DNA of 62,995 nt, counting the filler, from Octopus bimaculoides (Eukaryota), in the NCBI RefSeq assembly GCF_001194135.2. It is 5 parts of 5 records of this genome, joined end to end, with 100 filler letters (N's around TTAATTAATTAA, not from the genome) between each part and the next. Parts side by side here need not be neighbours in the genome. Positions count along the whole stretch, not along the records: positions 1 to 28,006 come from NC_068981.1; positions 28,107 to 54,041 come from NC_068989.1; 3 more parts are not named here. One strand, written 5' to 3'. Below, piece after piece: positions 23,555 to 35,030 of this stretch (the stretch's first letter is position 1; each line of letters opens with the position of its first letter). A program made the translations under genes and the position numbers. The notes under the pieces were generated by a model. It saw only the letters and a list, made by a program, of their open reading frames with translations, made no database searches and had not been told where the DNA came from.

Positions 23555-24388
23555 AACTGGTACTTATTTATCTATTCCTAAAGACTGAAAGGCAAAGTCA
23601 ACTTCAATGGAATTTGAACTCACAATGAAATAAATCGGAAGAAATGCCGCTAATCATTTTGCCCCGTATGTTAACGACTCTAGCGTAGGACTGCTTTAAT
23701 AATTCTTTCTTCTATAGTCATAAGATATGAAATGTTCAGGGAGGGGTATAGTGAATGACATCGACCCCAGTGATCAACAGTTAATTATATCATCAAATCC
23801 GAAAGAACGAAAGCCAAAGTCGACATCGCCGGAATTTGAACTAGGAACGTAAAGACGAGCGAAATACTGCTAAGCAGTGTGTTTAGTGTACTAACGATTC
23901 TGCTAGCTCGCTAACTTAAAAATACCACTAATCATAATATCACCACCAACAGTATAATATATATTGCCTGACGTTTAAGGGGTGGGGTACCAGTCGATTA
24001 CATCGACTCTAGTGTTTCAATGGTACTTAATCTAGTTGACCTCGGCGGAATTTGAAATCAGAACGTTAAGACGACGAAATGCCGCTAAGCATTTTGCTCG
24101 GCGTGCATACAATTCTACCAGCTCGCCGCGTTAACAATATGAAATATAATGATGATGGTATTGTTGTCAAATAATAATCTTTTCTACTAGAGGTAGAAAG
24201 CCTGAACTTTTAGTGGGAGGGGACCAGTAGATTCCATCAACCCCAGTGTGTTACTGGTACTTAATTTATCGACCCCGAAACGATGAAAGGTAAAGTCGAC
24301 CCCGGTGACATTTGAAATCACAACGTGAAGACAGACGAAATACGGCTAAGCATTTCGTTCGGCATGCTAACTATTCTGCCAGCTCGCC
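23555..24388 (-). mobile_element. Cluster of about four family B SINEs
   Basis: Reverse copies at about 23555-23700, 23705-23915, 23975-24130 and 24178-24388; several end in gctcgcc/gctcgct. Confidence 0.8.
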
Positions 24389-25288
24389 TCCTTGTGAAAC
24401 AATAACATCATCGCCAAAACCAACAAAAATAAGAGAAGTAATAATAACGTTTTCTTTATGAACCACCGAGTTTAGAAGAAACGATTGTGCAGGATAACAT
24501 AATATAATACAATATAGAAGCATATAGAAGTATATAAGTAGTAAAAATGACAAAAGCAAGAAAATCAAACGAGAAACACTGAGGGATGTATGTAAAAAAA
24601 AAAGGGGGTGTAGGTACAAAGAAAGTTTTATATCGTATTGGAGAATAAAATCCTTCGCAACTATATCCGAAACTGGATATAGTCGCAAGAAAAGAATTGA
24701 GGAACCGACATTTCCACATGTTGTATTTATTATATCAAGTGCTGGCATACGTTATTCAGTGAAAGTATCTTATAGAATGATGTTAAAAGCATGAGACGGG
24801 AGTCGGTTTGACTAGCAAAGGATGTAGTGCGTTTGATGTTGCTGTATTGCACTCTTTGGTATTAAATTCCGGTTCAAACCATTGCGCGTAGATATTACAA
24901 TTATGAAAATTCCCATTGCTTTACCGGCTTTATACACAGAACTACATTATTATTCATTACGTCATTCCTTCTTTAAATCCATAAATTGCAAAATAAAGAA
25001 AATTTCGCTACAGCTCGCTGAAAGGATATACTAATGTCCCAATCTAACAGAAGTTTGCTATGGTGTGTGAAGTGGAATATCAATGTTTGCTAATATGACG
25101 AGAAAAACTATGGATTATAGAAGAGGACTGACATATGTTACATGCAGCCTTGCCACTTTTCAATGACGTAAGGAATATATTCTTTCAGCAATATTTACGT
25201 TGACAGTTCCTACACAATACGAGAACAGTTTACTGATTTGATTGTTGCTTTATTTTCACATAGAAACAGACAAGTAATTGCATATGTG

Positions 25289-25331
<43 letters not shown>

Positions 25332-26055
25332 NNNNNNNNNNNNNNNNNNNNNNNNNNNNNNNNNNNNNNNNNNNNNNNNNNNNNNNNNNNNNNNNNNNNN
25401 NNNNNNNNNNNNNNNNNNNNNNNNNNNNNNNNNNNNNNNNNNNNNNNNNNNNNNNNNNNNNNNNNNNNNNNNNNNNNNNNNNNNNNNNNNNNNNNNNNNN
25501 NNNNNNNNNNNNNNNNNNNNNNNNNNNNNNNNNNNNNNNNNNNNNNNNNNNNNNNNNNNNNNNNNNNNNNNNNNNNNNNNNNNNNNNNNNNNNNNNNNNN
25601 NNNNNNNNNNNNNNNNNNNNNNNNNNNNNNNNNNNNNNNNNNNNNNNNNNNNNNNNNNNNNNNNNNNNNNNNNNNNNNNNNNNNNNNNNNNNNNNNNNNN
25701 NNNNNNNNNNNNNNNNNNNNNNNNNNNNNNNNNNNNNNNNNNNNNNNNNNNNNNNNNNNNNNNNNNNNNNNNNNNNNNNNNNNNNNNNNNNNNNNNNNNN
25801 NNNNNNNNNNNNNNNNNNNNNNNNNNNNNNNNNNNNNNNNNNNNNNNNNNNNNNNNNNNNNNNNNNNNNNNNNNNNNNNNNNNNNNNNNNNNNNNNNNNN
25901 NNNNNNNNNNNNNNNNNNNNNNNNNNNNNNNNNNNNNNNNNNNNNNNNNNNNNNNNNNNNNNNNNNNNNNNNNNNNNNNNNNNNNNNNNNNNNNNNNNNT
26001 GCATGCGGATATGTGTATGTACATATGTATGTATGTATGCATGTATGTATGTATG

Positions 26056-26128
<73 letters not shown>

Positions 26129-26699
26129 CACATGCATGTATTTATTGAGATGTGTTATATAATAATAATACTGGAGGGATATAACATCAAATTTAATGAG
26201 TTAACGTTGCAATATAATCTATATTGTTGCTGGCATTGTTATATTTTCACGAACATTGGCAATTATATTAATTAATAGAAGTGGTGTAACGAATCAGAAT
26301 CGTAAGTGATACCAATGATAAATATTTTTGCTTATATCTTCGCGTTTTTCTTTTTTATTTTCTATTACCATTAATTAACACAAGCAGCTCGCCAAAAGTA
26401 ATAGATATTTCAGTTATAAAAGAACACATAACCTTGCTTCCTAAATCATAACGCTTCTTTGCTTTCCAGAATAATTTTTACTGGTTCACTAAGGAGTATT
26501 AAACATAAATAGAGAAACTGAAACAAATCTATCTTTACCAAATATTTATTATGATATGTATTCCAGAAGAACTTTTACCATGATATTCTTAATAAAACTG
26601 CAATTCATATCAAGACTGCGAATCTCACAATTATTTCCATATTTCGCTCTTTATTTAGAAGAAAATTAAGTTTTCATAATCCTGGGTTTAATCAAAGTA

Positions 26700-26748
<49 letters not shown>

Positions 26749-27110
26749 NNNNNNNNNNNNNNNNNNNNNNNNNNNNNNNNNNNNNNNNNNNNNNNNNNNN
26801 NNNNNNNNNNNNNNNNNNNNNNNNNNNNNNNNNNNNNNNNNNNNNNNNNNNNNNNNNNNNNNNNNNNNNNNNNNNNNNNNNNNNNNNNNNNNNNNNNNNN
26901 NNNNNNNNNNNNNNNNNNNNNNNNNNNNNNNNNNNNNNNNNNNNNNNNNNNNNNNNNNNNNNNNNNNNNNNNNNNNNNNNNNNNNNNNNNNNNNNNNNNN
27001 NNNNNNNNNNNNNNNNNNNNNNNNNNNNNNNNNNNNNNNNNNNNNNNNNNNNNNNNNNNNNNNNNNNNNNNNNNNNNNNNNNNNNNNNNNNNNNNNNNNN
27101 NNNNNNNNNN

Positions 27111-27985
27111 NATGGTCGTTTATCTTCTAGAGCTTACTCAAGCCGCTCAAGCTGATTGCAGTAGATCTCCTTCGTTATCGTTTGGCTTGAGTTTAAAAGT
27201 TCAAAGTGGACAAAACCTTTCATATCCCACCAAAAAGATAGCAACACTTTATGTGGGTGAAGACCATCTTTAGCTTGTGGTGCCGGCGTTTCTCTGTTCT
27301 CTAACCACTGTCTTCGGCGCTCAACATTTTTATAAAGAACGCATTTTCCGCCACCAGTCACTACTCAGTCCAAAAATGGTTCATTCATGAGACGTGAAAG
27401 GAAAGAAGAGTATACATTCACTCTCTGCGCGCGATTAGACGCAGGAATTTTGTGAGGAACCCATTGAGCCGGTTTGATGCCTTTTCCGATGGCATGCAGG
27501 TGTCAATGAATGGTTGAATGACCAAATCTAAGCTTCGCTGTTAGTTCCCCAACAGTTACAATGATGTTTTGTCCCACCAAAGTTTTCAGGATGTCCTCGT
27601 TGAGTTCTACAGATCTTCCAGGACGAGACATGTCTTCTAGGCTGTAGATTCCGGCGCGAAATTTCTGGAAGCACCGTTCACACTGGCTTACGCTTATCGT
27701 CTGATCCCTATATACTGCATTAATATTCTTTCCGTGGCGTTGTTGCCTTTATTGAACTCATAAAACTAAATATGCCGAATGTATTCCTTTGTTACCTCCA
27801 TTATAGTCTTGAAAAATATCTGTTAAAATCGAACTGTACTCTTCAAAACTTGCACTAAGAATAAGGATAAGGTAGAATTACTACTTGCTTCTATAGAAAG
27901 TTGACGCAGGTAGTCTATCCCGTTCCACTCCGACCTTGTGTTCGTGCAACTGAAAAAATACATTATTTATGGGATGACCCAATAT
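27111..27985 (-). mobile_element. Mariner element, 5' part with TIR, cut by a gap
   Basis: TIR-like TATTGGGTCATCCCATAAATAATG next to TA; transposase QWVPHKI and KVLLSFWWDMKGFVHFELL...QTITKEIYCNQLERL. Confidence 0.9.
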
Positions 27986-28459
27986 ATATATATATATATA
28001 TATATANNNNNNNNNNNNNNNNNNNNNNNNNNNNNNNNNNNNNNNNNNNNTTAATTAATTAANNNNNNNNNNNNNNNNNNNNNNNNNNNNNNNNNNNNNN
28101 NNNNNNTTTTTTTTTTTTTTCCGATCCCTTTTGATCGAACTCCCCCTTTTTCCCTTCCTACGATCCCTTTTGATCGACACCACCACTTTTTTTTTTTCCT
28201 TCCTTCCCCCTCCCAAAAAGAAAAGCTCTATATTGTATTTGTCCCATCTTCGTTGAGCCCTGTGTGGCTAATAAAAGAAATGTATCTGTGGGGTGTGCAT
28301 GTGTATGCCCTCATATATGTAAAAGTTAGCTTGTTAAATTATGAAGTTATACATGGCAAAATAATTTACTAATAAAAAAATTCAGTACTTTTAGTAGAGT
28401 AACCTACATAATACCTATAAGGCTGACAGACTTTCACATGAGGTAACTTTATTCAATCA

Positions 28460-28700
28460 CCTGGAACCATGTGGTTGGTAAGCAAGCTACTTACCACGCA
28501 GCCACTCCTCTGCTTGTATACATATTAATATACAGAAACACATACCTATGTGGCTAGTGGGTAAGAAGTTTGTTTCCTAACCATAGGGTTTCAGATTCAG
28601 TCTCACTGTGTGCCGTTGCCTTCTATTGAAGACACTGTGTGTCTTCTATTGCCACAGGACAATCAAAGCCTTGCAAGTAGATTTGGTACACGGAAACTGA
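28460..28700. mobile_element. Two SINE family A fragments in opposite orientation
   Basis: ggaaccatgtggttggtaagcaagctacttaccacgcagccactcc (minus), then a diverged plus-strand head and body. Confidence 0.65.
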
Positions 28701-28756
28701 ATGGGTTTTTTTCACGCTGACTACTTGATAAACTCTTATAAAGATTTTATCCTATA

Positions 28757-28789
<33 letters not shown>

Positions 28790-29254
28790 CTAAGGTTTTT
28801 AAACTTTTAAATTTTCATATTCAAAAGAGACAGAGACTTCAAATTCGATATNNNNNNNNNNNNNNNNNNNNNNNNNNNNNNNNNNNNNNNNNNNNNNNNN
28901 NNNNNNNNNNNNNNNNNNNNNNNNNNNNNNNNNNNNNNNNNNNNNNNNNNNNNNNNNNNNNNNNNNNNNNNNNNNNNNNNNNNNNNNNNNNNNNNNNNNN
29001 NNNNNNNNNNNNNNNNNNNNNNNNNNNNNNNNNNNNNNNNNNNNNNNNNNNNNNNNNNNNNNNNNNNNNNNNNNNNNNNNNNNNNNNNNNNNNNNNNNNN
29101 NNNNNNNNNNNNNNNNNNNNNNNNNNNNNNNNNNNNNNNNNNNNNNNNNNNNNNNNNNNNNNNNNNNNNNNNNNNNNNNNNNNNNNNNNNNNNNNNNNNN
29201 NNNNNNNNNNNNNNNNNNNNNNNNNNNNNNNNNNNNNNNNNTTTTTCCCCATAA

Positions 29255-29689
29255 ATATAATTTATATAAGGGCATTAACTATATAGTAATGCCTCACGCT
29301 TAGAGGGACTAAATAAGTCAAAAACTGCCAAAAAATAAGCAACATATTTACCAAAAGCGAGGGAAATGCAACTTTCAAAAATTAATCTCCTAAAAACATT
29401 TAACTTAACGGCAAACCACTGGTTTCTCAATTAATACAGCAAAACTGTGAAGTAAGCTGCATTTTTTGTTCATCAGTACACGTATGGTCGAGACACATAA
29501 AAAATAAACAAAAATCAACATAGCACGATGACTTCTGTTCATCATTATATATCCGTGAAAGAGGTTAGAATTTATCCAATTTATCGCTTTCGGTAAATAT
29601 GTTGCTTATTTTTTGGTAGTTTTTTACTTATTTAGTCCCTCTAAGCGTGAGGCATTACTATATAGTTAATGCCCTTATATAAATTATAT
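29255..29689. mobile_element. 435-bp MITE with 106-bp TIRs
   Basis: 29255-29360 is the reverse complement of 29584-29689 with few mismatches and no net indel; TA-rich flanks. Confidence 0.9.
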
Positions 29690-29699
29690 ATATATATAT

Positions 29700-29880
29700 T
29701 TGTGTCTGTGTTTGTCCCCCACCACTGCTTGACAACCAGTGCTGGTGTGATGTCCCCATAACTTAGCTGTTCAGAAAAAGAGACCAATAGAATAAGTCCT
29801 AGTGTTGATTTATTTGACTAAAACCCTCCAAGGCGGTGCCCCAGCATGGCTGCAGTCAAATGACAAACAAATAAAACAAA
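29700..29880 (+). mobile_element. SINE family A, 3' half
   Basis: tgtttgtcccccaccactgcttgacaacc...cagcatggctgcagtcaaatgac. Confidence 0.8.
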
Positions 29881-30344
29881 ATAGTTAAAGATACGTAGAG
29901 AGAAAGTATTTGATTTGCATCTGTTATGATGTATATTTTTTCTGCCCTATTTCCTTTTCGTTCAGTTTCTTTTTACCTGTTAGATCTTATTTCATAAAAT
30001 TATTCATTCTCAGTTCTTTTTCCAGCTGAAAAGTGATGCTATCATTTGTGACATACATTATTTGAGATACAGGATATTTGCTTTAAGAAATATTTTGACA
30101 CCAGAGAATTCTTGTATGGCTTCTGTGTATGAATATATATAATATGCATGTGTGTGTGTGTGTACATACGTATGTATGTATGTTATAAATATAGATATTT
30201 ATACATACGTATATTATGAATTAAATATAGTGAAGTTTATATGCCAACAGAATGTGGCAGTGTTATGAAGCAGTGCTTCTCAAACTATGATGTAGTGTAC
30301 TGGCAGTTTTGTTTTTCCAATGTGCCAAGGGCCAGTAATATTTA

Positions 30345-30556
30345 CTCCTTGTTTTTACTCTTTCACTTGTTTCAGTCATTTGACTGCGGCCATGCTGAAG
30401 CACCGCCTTTAGTCGAGCAGATCGACCCCAGGACTTATTCTTTGCAAGCCTACTACTTATTCTATTGGTCTCTTTTGCCGAACCGCTAGGTTACGGGGAC
30501 GTAAACACACCAGCATCGGTTGTCAAGCGATGTTGGGGGGACAAACACACACACAC

Positions 30557-30560
<4 letters not shown>
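30345..30560 (-). mobile_element. SINE family A, 3' half
   Basis: Matches 17028-17250; a gap begins at its internal microsatellite. Confidence 0.85.
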
Positions 30561-30589
<29 letters not shown>

Positions 30590-31708
30590 NNNNNNNNNNN
30601 NNNNNNNNNNNNNNNNNNNNNNNNNNNNNNNNNNNNNNNNNNNNNNNNNNNNNNNNNNNNNNNNNNNNNNNNNNNNNNNNNNNNNNNNNNNNNNNNNNNN
30701 NNNNNNNNNNNNNNNNNNNNNNNNNNNNNNNNNNNNNNNNNNNNNNNNNNNNNNNNNNNNNNNNNNNNNNNNNNNNNNNNNNNNNNNNNNNNNNNNNNNN
30801 NNNNNNNNNNNNNNNNNNNNNNNNNNNNNNNNNNNNNNNNNNNNNNNNNNNNNNNNNNNNNNNNNNNNNNNNNNNNNNNNNNNNNNNNNNNNNNNNNNNN
30901 NNNNNNNNNNNNNNNNNNNNNNNNNNNNNNNNNNNNNNNNNNNNNNNNNNNNNNNNNNNNNNNNNNNNNNNNNNNNNNNNNNNNNNNNNNNNNNNNNNNN
31001 NNNNNNNNNNNNNNNNNNNNNNNNNNNNNNNNNNNNNNNNNNNNNNNNNNNNNNNNNNNNNNNNNNNNNNNNNNNNNNNNNNNNNNNNNNNNNNNNNNNN
31101 NNNNNNNNNNNNNNNNNNNNNNNNNNNNNNNNNNNNNNNNNNNNNNNNNNNNNNNNNNNNNNNNNNNNNNNNNNNNNNNNNNNNNNNNNNNNNNNNNNNN
31201 NNNNNNNNNNNNNNNNNNNNNNNNNNNNNNNNNNNNNNNNNNNNNNNNNNNNNNNNNNNNNNNNNNNNNNNNNNNNNNNNNNNNNNNNNNNNNNNNNNNN
31301 NNNNNNNNNNNNNNNNNNNNNNNNNNNNNNNNNNNNNNNNNNNNNNNNNNNNNNNNNNNNNNNNNNNNNNNNNNGGGGGGGGGGGATTGACGAGTCCAAT
31401 TTGTCAATTCCCTGGTTTGATGTCAAAGATACGTGCGGTTGTGCATTGTTATGGCGAATGTAAATCATTTTCAAATTCTTGATCGGTTACTTCCTCCTAA
31501 TGACACATCTAAGCTTTTTCAATATCTCAATACACCGTTCACAGTTCACGGTATAGCCACGTACCAGATGATCAAGAAAATCCTTATCTTTCCCGCCAGT
31601 GACCAAAACTTTAACTGCTAATCGGTAGCTCTTGAACGTCTTAAGCTTTGAAGAAGAGGTGTGATACCATTCCATGAACCGAACCTTCGTTTTCGGATCA
31701 CTAAGATA

Positions 31709-31991
31709 AGCCTACGTTTAATCTCCTGCCACTAGCCTACGTTTCATCCCCTGCCACTAGCCTACGTTTAAACCCTGTGTTGTGTCGACGCCCCCAGGCG
31801 AAGAAGTAGGATCTCCCAAGACATATAAATAGAGGTAGTCTGGCCGTGGTAGGAGAGTTGAGTAGCAGTCGAGTAGCAGTTGTGTAGCGGTTGAGTAAAG
31901 ATCATCCGAAGGTGCTAGATGGCAGTAGTTTCAGAAATAACACCCTGTCACCAGTCTACGTTTAATCCCTGTCACTAGATACCCTGTCAAA
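31709..31991 (-). repeat. 24-25 bp minisatellite (4 full plus 1 partial unit) derived from transposase VTGDETW codons
   Basis: Units at 31709-31733, 31734-31758, 31759-31777 plus 31948-31952, 31953-31976, and partial 31977-31991. The minus-strand unit GTGGCAGGGGATGAAACGTAG reads VAGDET*. Confidence 0.85.
31778..31942 (+). mobile_element. 165-bp solo LTR (or TRIM-like) insertion
   Basis: Termini TGTT...AACA, exact 5-bp TSD CCCTG (31773-31777 and 31943-31947), internal TATAAATA. Confidence 0.85.
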
Positions 31992-32986
31992 ATATATAAG
32001 AAAAACGTGTTTTCATCAGCTCCAAGCGCTTCTAGCAGATCAGAGCAGACGTCTTCTTCTTCAAATCGGGTTTCCACTACTATTAAACATACTTTTCGAT
32101 ACCTAAAGTCTTCTGCCATATTCTGTAATACATTGTGACCACTGTTAAGTTGAGCATCATGCTCATCGATTGTGACTCGTGTGTCGTTGTGAATCGATTC
32201 CACCATTCATTAGCGAATAATGCCAATGGTCACAGTAGATGGTCTCCTACTGCGTAGTTTGTCTTCAATGCTGTTTTCCCTTTCTTTAAACTCCATCCAT
32301 TCTGTCCACATGTCAGATGTGTCCTTTCCATCGACATTTAGTTTTCTGAGAATGTCAGACACGCTGCAACCCACCTTCGTCAAGAACTCAATGACTGCAT
32401 ATTGCTTCTGCTTCGAATTCTTTATTTGTCTGCAATAAAGAAGAAAAAGAATTACTCTAGAGGAAACATTACTCTAATAATTATATGTGTGTGTTTGTCT
32501 GTGTGCAAGTGTGTGTGTGTAATAATGGCGCCGAAAATTGAAGACGTGACTTCAAGCGCTGCATCTCATATTGCTTCTAATCCATGTATATTACTCGAAT
32601 AAAAGTGAAATACTAGCAAATTAACCTAAGATTACACCATTCATCCGTAAATAATTTATTTCATTTCATTCTGCAGCCATACATCGGAGTTCTGGATGAA
32701 CCATGAATAATTTACTCTAACGTAAACAAAATTGAAACTTTTATCCATCCATCCATCCATCCATCCATCCATCCATCCATACATACATACGTACGTACGT
32801 TGTGTGTATGTATGTAGCATGTATGTATGTGTGTAACGTATGTATGTACGCATATGTGTGTGCGCGTATGGATGGATGTTTGCTTGTATGTATGTATGTA
32901 TATATGTATGTATATGTGTATATATATCTATATATACATATACATATATACATACATACACACACACACATATATATATATACATG

Positions 32987-33032
<46 letters not shown>

Positions 33033-33563
33033 TACATATATATTTATATATATTCAAACACTCTTATACATATAAAAAATAATTGCATTTTACTGTTTCG
33101 CGTACTTTTTTCTTTTGTTCTTGAATTTCAAATGTATACACATTCACGCTTCACACACGAAGTATACATACATACGTGTGTGTGTGCACGCGTACATCCT
33201 TGTGTATATATTCGCGCGCGCACACAGCCACACACAAATACGAAATCATCGCCACTCACCAGCTCACAATATATTTATGAAGAAATCTATCGTCCAATTC
33301 TTGCTTGCTTCTTTTTTTTATATCATTTTAATTCTAACATTAATATATATCTATATTTCATCTACCGTCTTTGCTTTGCACAAAAGACATTCGTGACGCA
33401 ATCTACGATGTTTACAATAGTAAATCTTTTGTTCAATAAATTTGGTAATTCCATTCTGTTTTTTGTTCAATATATTTTATTTTGCAGCATTATTATTGTG
33501 TTCGACAAGTATTCAGTCTTTAATTATATACTTCAAAGGTTAGTTCCTTCTTCTGAATTATTA

Positions 33564-33820
33564 TCTATACTATATATAAAACAGAGATGTGTGTGTAATC
33601 GCTTATCACGTGAAAACGGCTTCACTATTTACTTCCATACTTGTGATACATAAATAATTTGACCTCGGATAAATCTTAGGCTCTTCATTTGATTTTTTTT
33701 TTATCTCTAATTAAAAATTGCTTTATATTTAAGATTCACTTCTTTAAAAAGGTTTCTCAATGTCAACTTCCGGTACGGACGTGAAAAAACGGCAAACAGA
33801 GATGTGTGTGTAATCGCTTA
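33564..33820 (+). mobile_element. Helitron-like 5' terminus
   Basis: A|TCTATACTATATATAAAAC start; internal repeat aacagagatgtgtgtgtaatcgctta occurs twice; runs into a gap. Confidence 0.45.
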
Positions 33821-34622
33821 NNNNNNNNNNNNNNNNNNNNNNNNNNNNNNNNNNNNNNNNNNNNNNNNNNNNNNNNNNNNNNNNNNNNNNNNNNNNNNNN
33901 NNNNNNNNNNNNNNNNNNNNNNNNNNNNNNNNNNNNNNNNNNNNNNNNNNNNNNNNNNNNNNNNNNNNNNNNNNNNNNNNNNNNNNNNNNNNNNNNNNNN
34001 NNNNNNNNNNNNNNNNNNNNNNNNNNNNNNNNNNNNNNNNNNNNNNNNNNNNNNNNNNNNNNNNNNNNNNNNNNNNNNNNNNNNNNNNNNNNNNNNNNNN
34101 NNNNNNNNNNNNNNNNNNNNNNNNNNNNNNNNNNNNNNNNNNNNNNNNNNNNNNNNNNNNNNNNNNNNNNNNNNNNNNNNNNNNNNNNNNNNNNNNNNNN
34201 NNNNNNNNNNNNNNNNNNNNNNNNNNNNNNNNNNNNNNNNNNNNNNNNNNNNNNNNNNNNNNNNNNNNNNNNNNNNNNNNNNNNNNNNNNNNNNNNNNNN
34301 NNNNNNNNNNNNNNNNNNNNNNNNNNNNNNNNNNNNNACACACTCCAGGTTTAATTTCGTTCCGAATTCGCACACTTCGTTAATTTCCGTAAATAAATTT
34401 TCTATTATTTTTTTTTTTGGCACGCCGTGTTCAGCTCTATGTATTCGTAGTGAATCACACACTCACATGTGTGTTTCTGTATGTGTGTGAGTGAAGGGGT
34501 GTGTTGTGATGTCAACGTACATACATAAATACATATGCATACATCTTTTCTGTGTGTATATCTGCACGTGTGTGTGTGTGAGAGAGAGAGAGAGACAGAC
34601 AGACAGAGAGATGTTTCAGTGA

Positions 34623-34659
<37 letters not shown>

Positions 34660-34746
34660 TCACACATACGTACAAGAAATGTATGACTATGTACGTACGT
34701 ATAATTGTCGACACACCCCTTCACTGGCTCTGTCTCTATCTCTCTG

Positions 34747-34777
<31 letters not shown>

Positions 34778-34985
34778 CACACACACACAGCACACACGCG
34801 CACGTGCGCATACACACGTGTGTCTTTGTAAATATGTTTGTATATATTTATGTATGTGTGTGTTTGTAAGAGACAGAGTGTGAGTGAGTCAAGGGGTGTG
34901 TTGTCATATGCATCCATCATTTTTGGATGTATGTGTGCGTGTGTATGTGTGTGAGACATAGTGAGAGAGCGGTGTGTATGTAGTA

Positions 34986-35030
34986 CAAGCAGAGGCACCC
35001 GGCGTTGCTCGGGAATGAAATTGTTGCTTA
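34986..35030 (-). mobile_element. Helitron-like 3' terminus
   Basis: Minus strand CCCGAGCAACGCCGGG hairpin, 8 nt, then CTTG|T (canonical CTAG|T). Confidence 0.5.

Larger units (their letters stand above)
31390..32640 (-). mobile_element. Degenerate mariner element interrupted at its first catalytic Asp
   Basis: N-terminal half: KQYAVIEFLTKVG, SIEDKLRSRRPSTV, DTRVTIDE, FRYRKVC, FLYILTG. C-terminal half: DPKTKVRFMEWYH, YTVNCERCIEILKKL, IRHNNAQPH (HDNARPH-like). Confidence 0.85.

Noticed and set aside
28007-28106. TTAATTAATTAA island inside N runs (also 54086-54097, 57871-57882, 61365-61376)
   Set aside because: All four are 44 N + 12 nt + 44 N = 100 bp with stops in all six frames: an artificial scaffold linker.
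31709-31991. Repeat-spacer pattern as a CRISPR array
   Set aside because: Eukaryotic context, contiguous units, a single interruption that is an LTR with a TSD, and no cas genes.
32656-33396. YIYI, VCVC and HTHT-rich ORFs here and elsewhere
   Set aside because: Translations of (TA)n, (CA)n and (TATG)n microsatellites.
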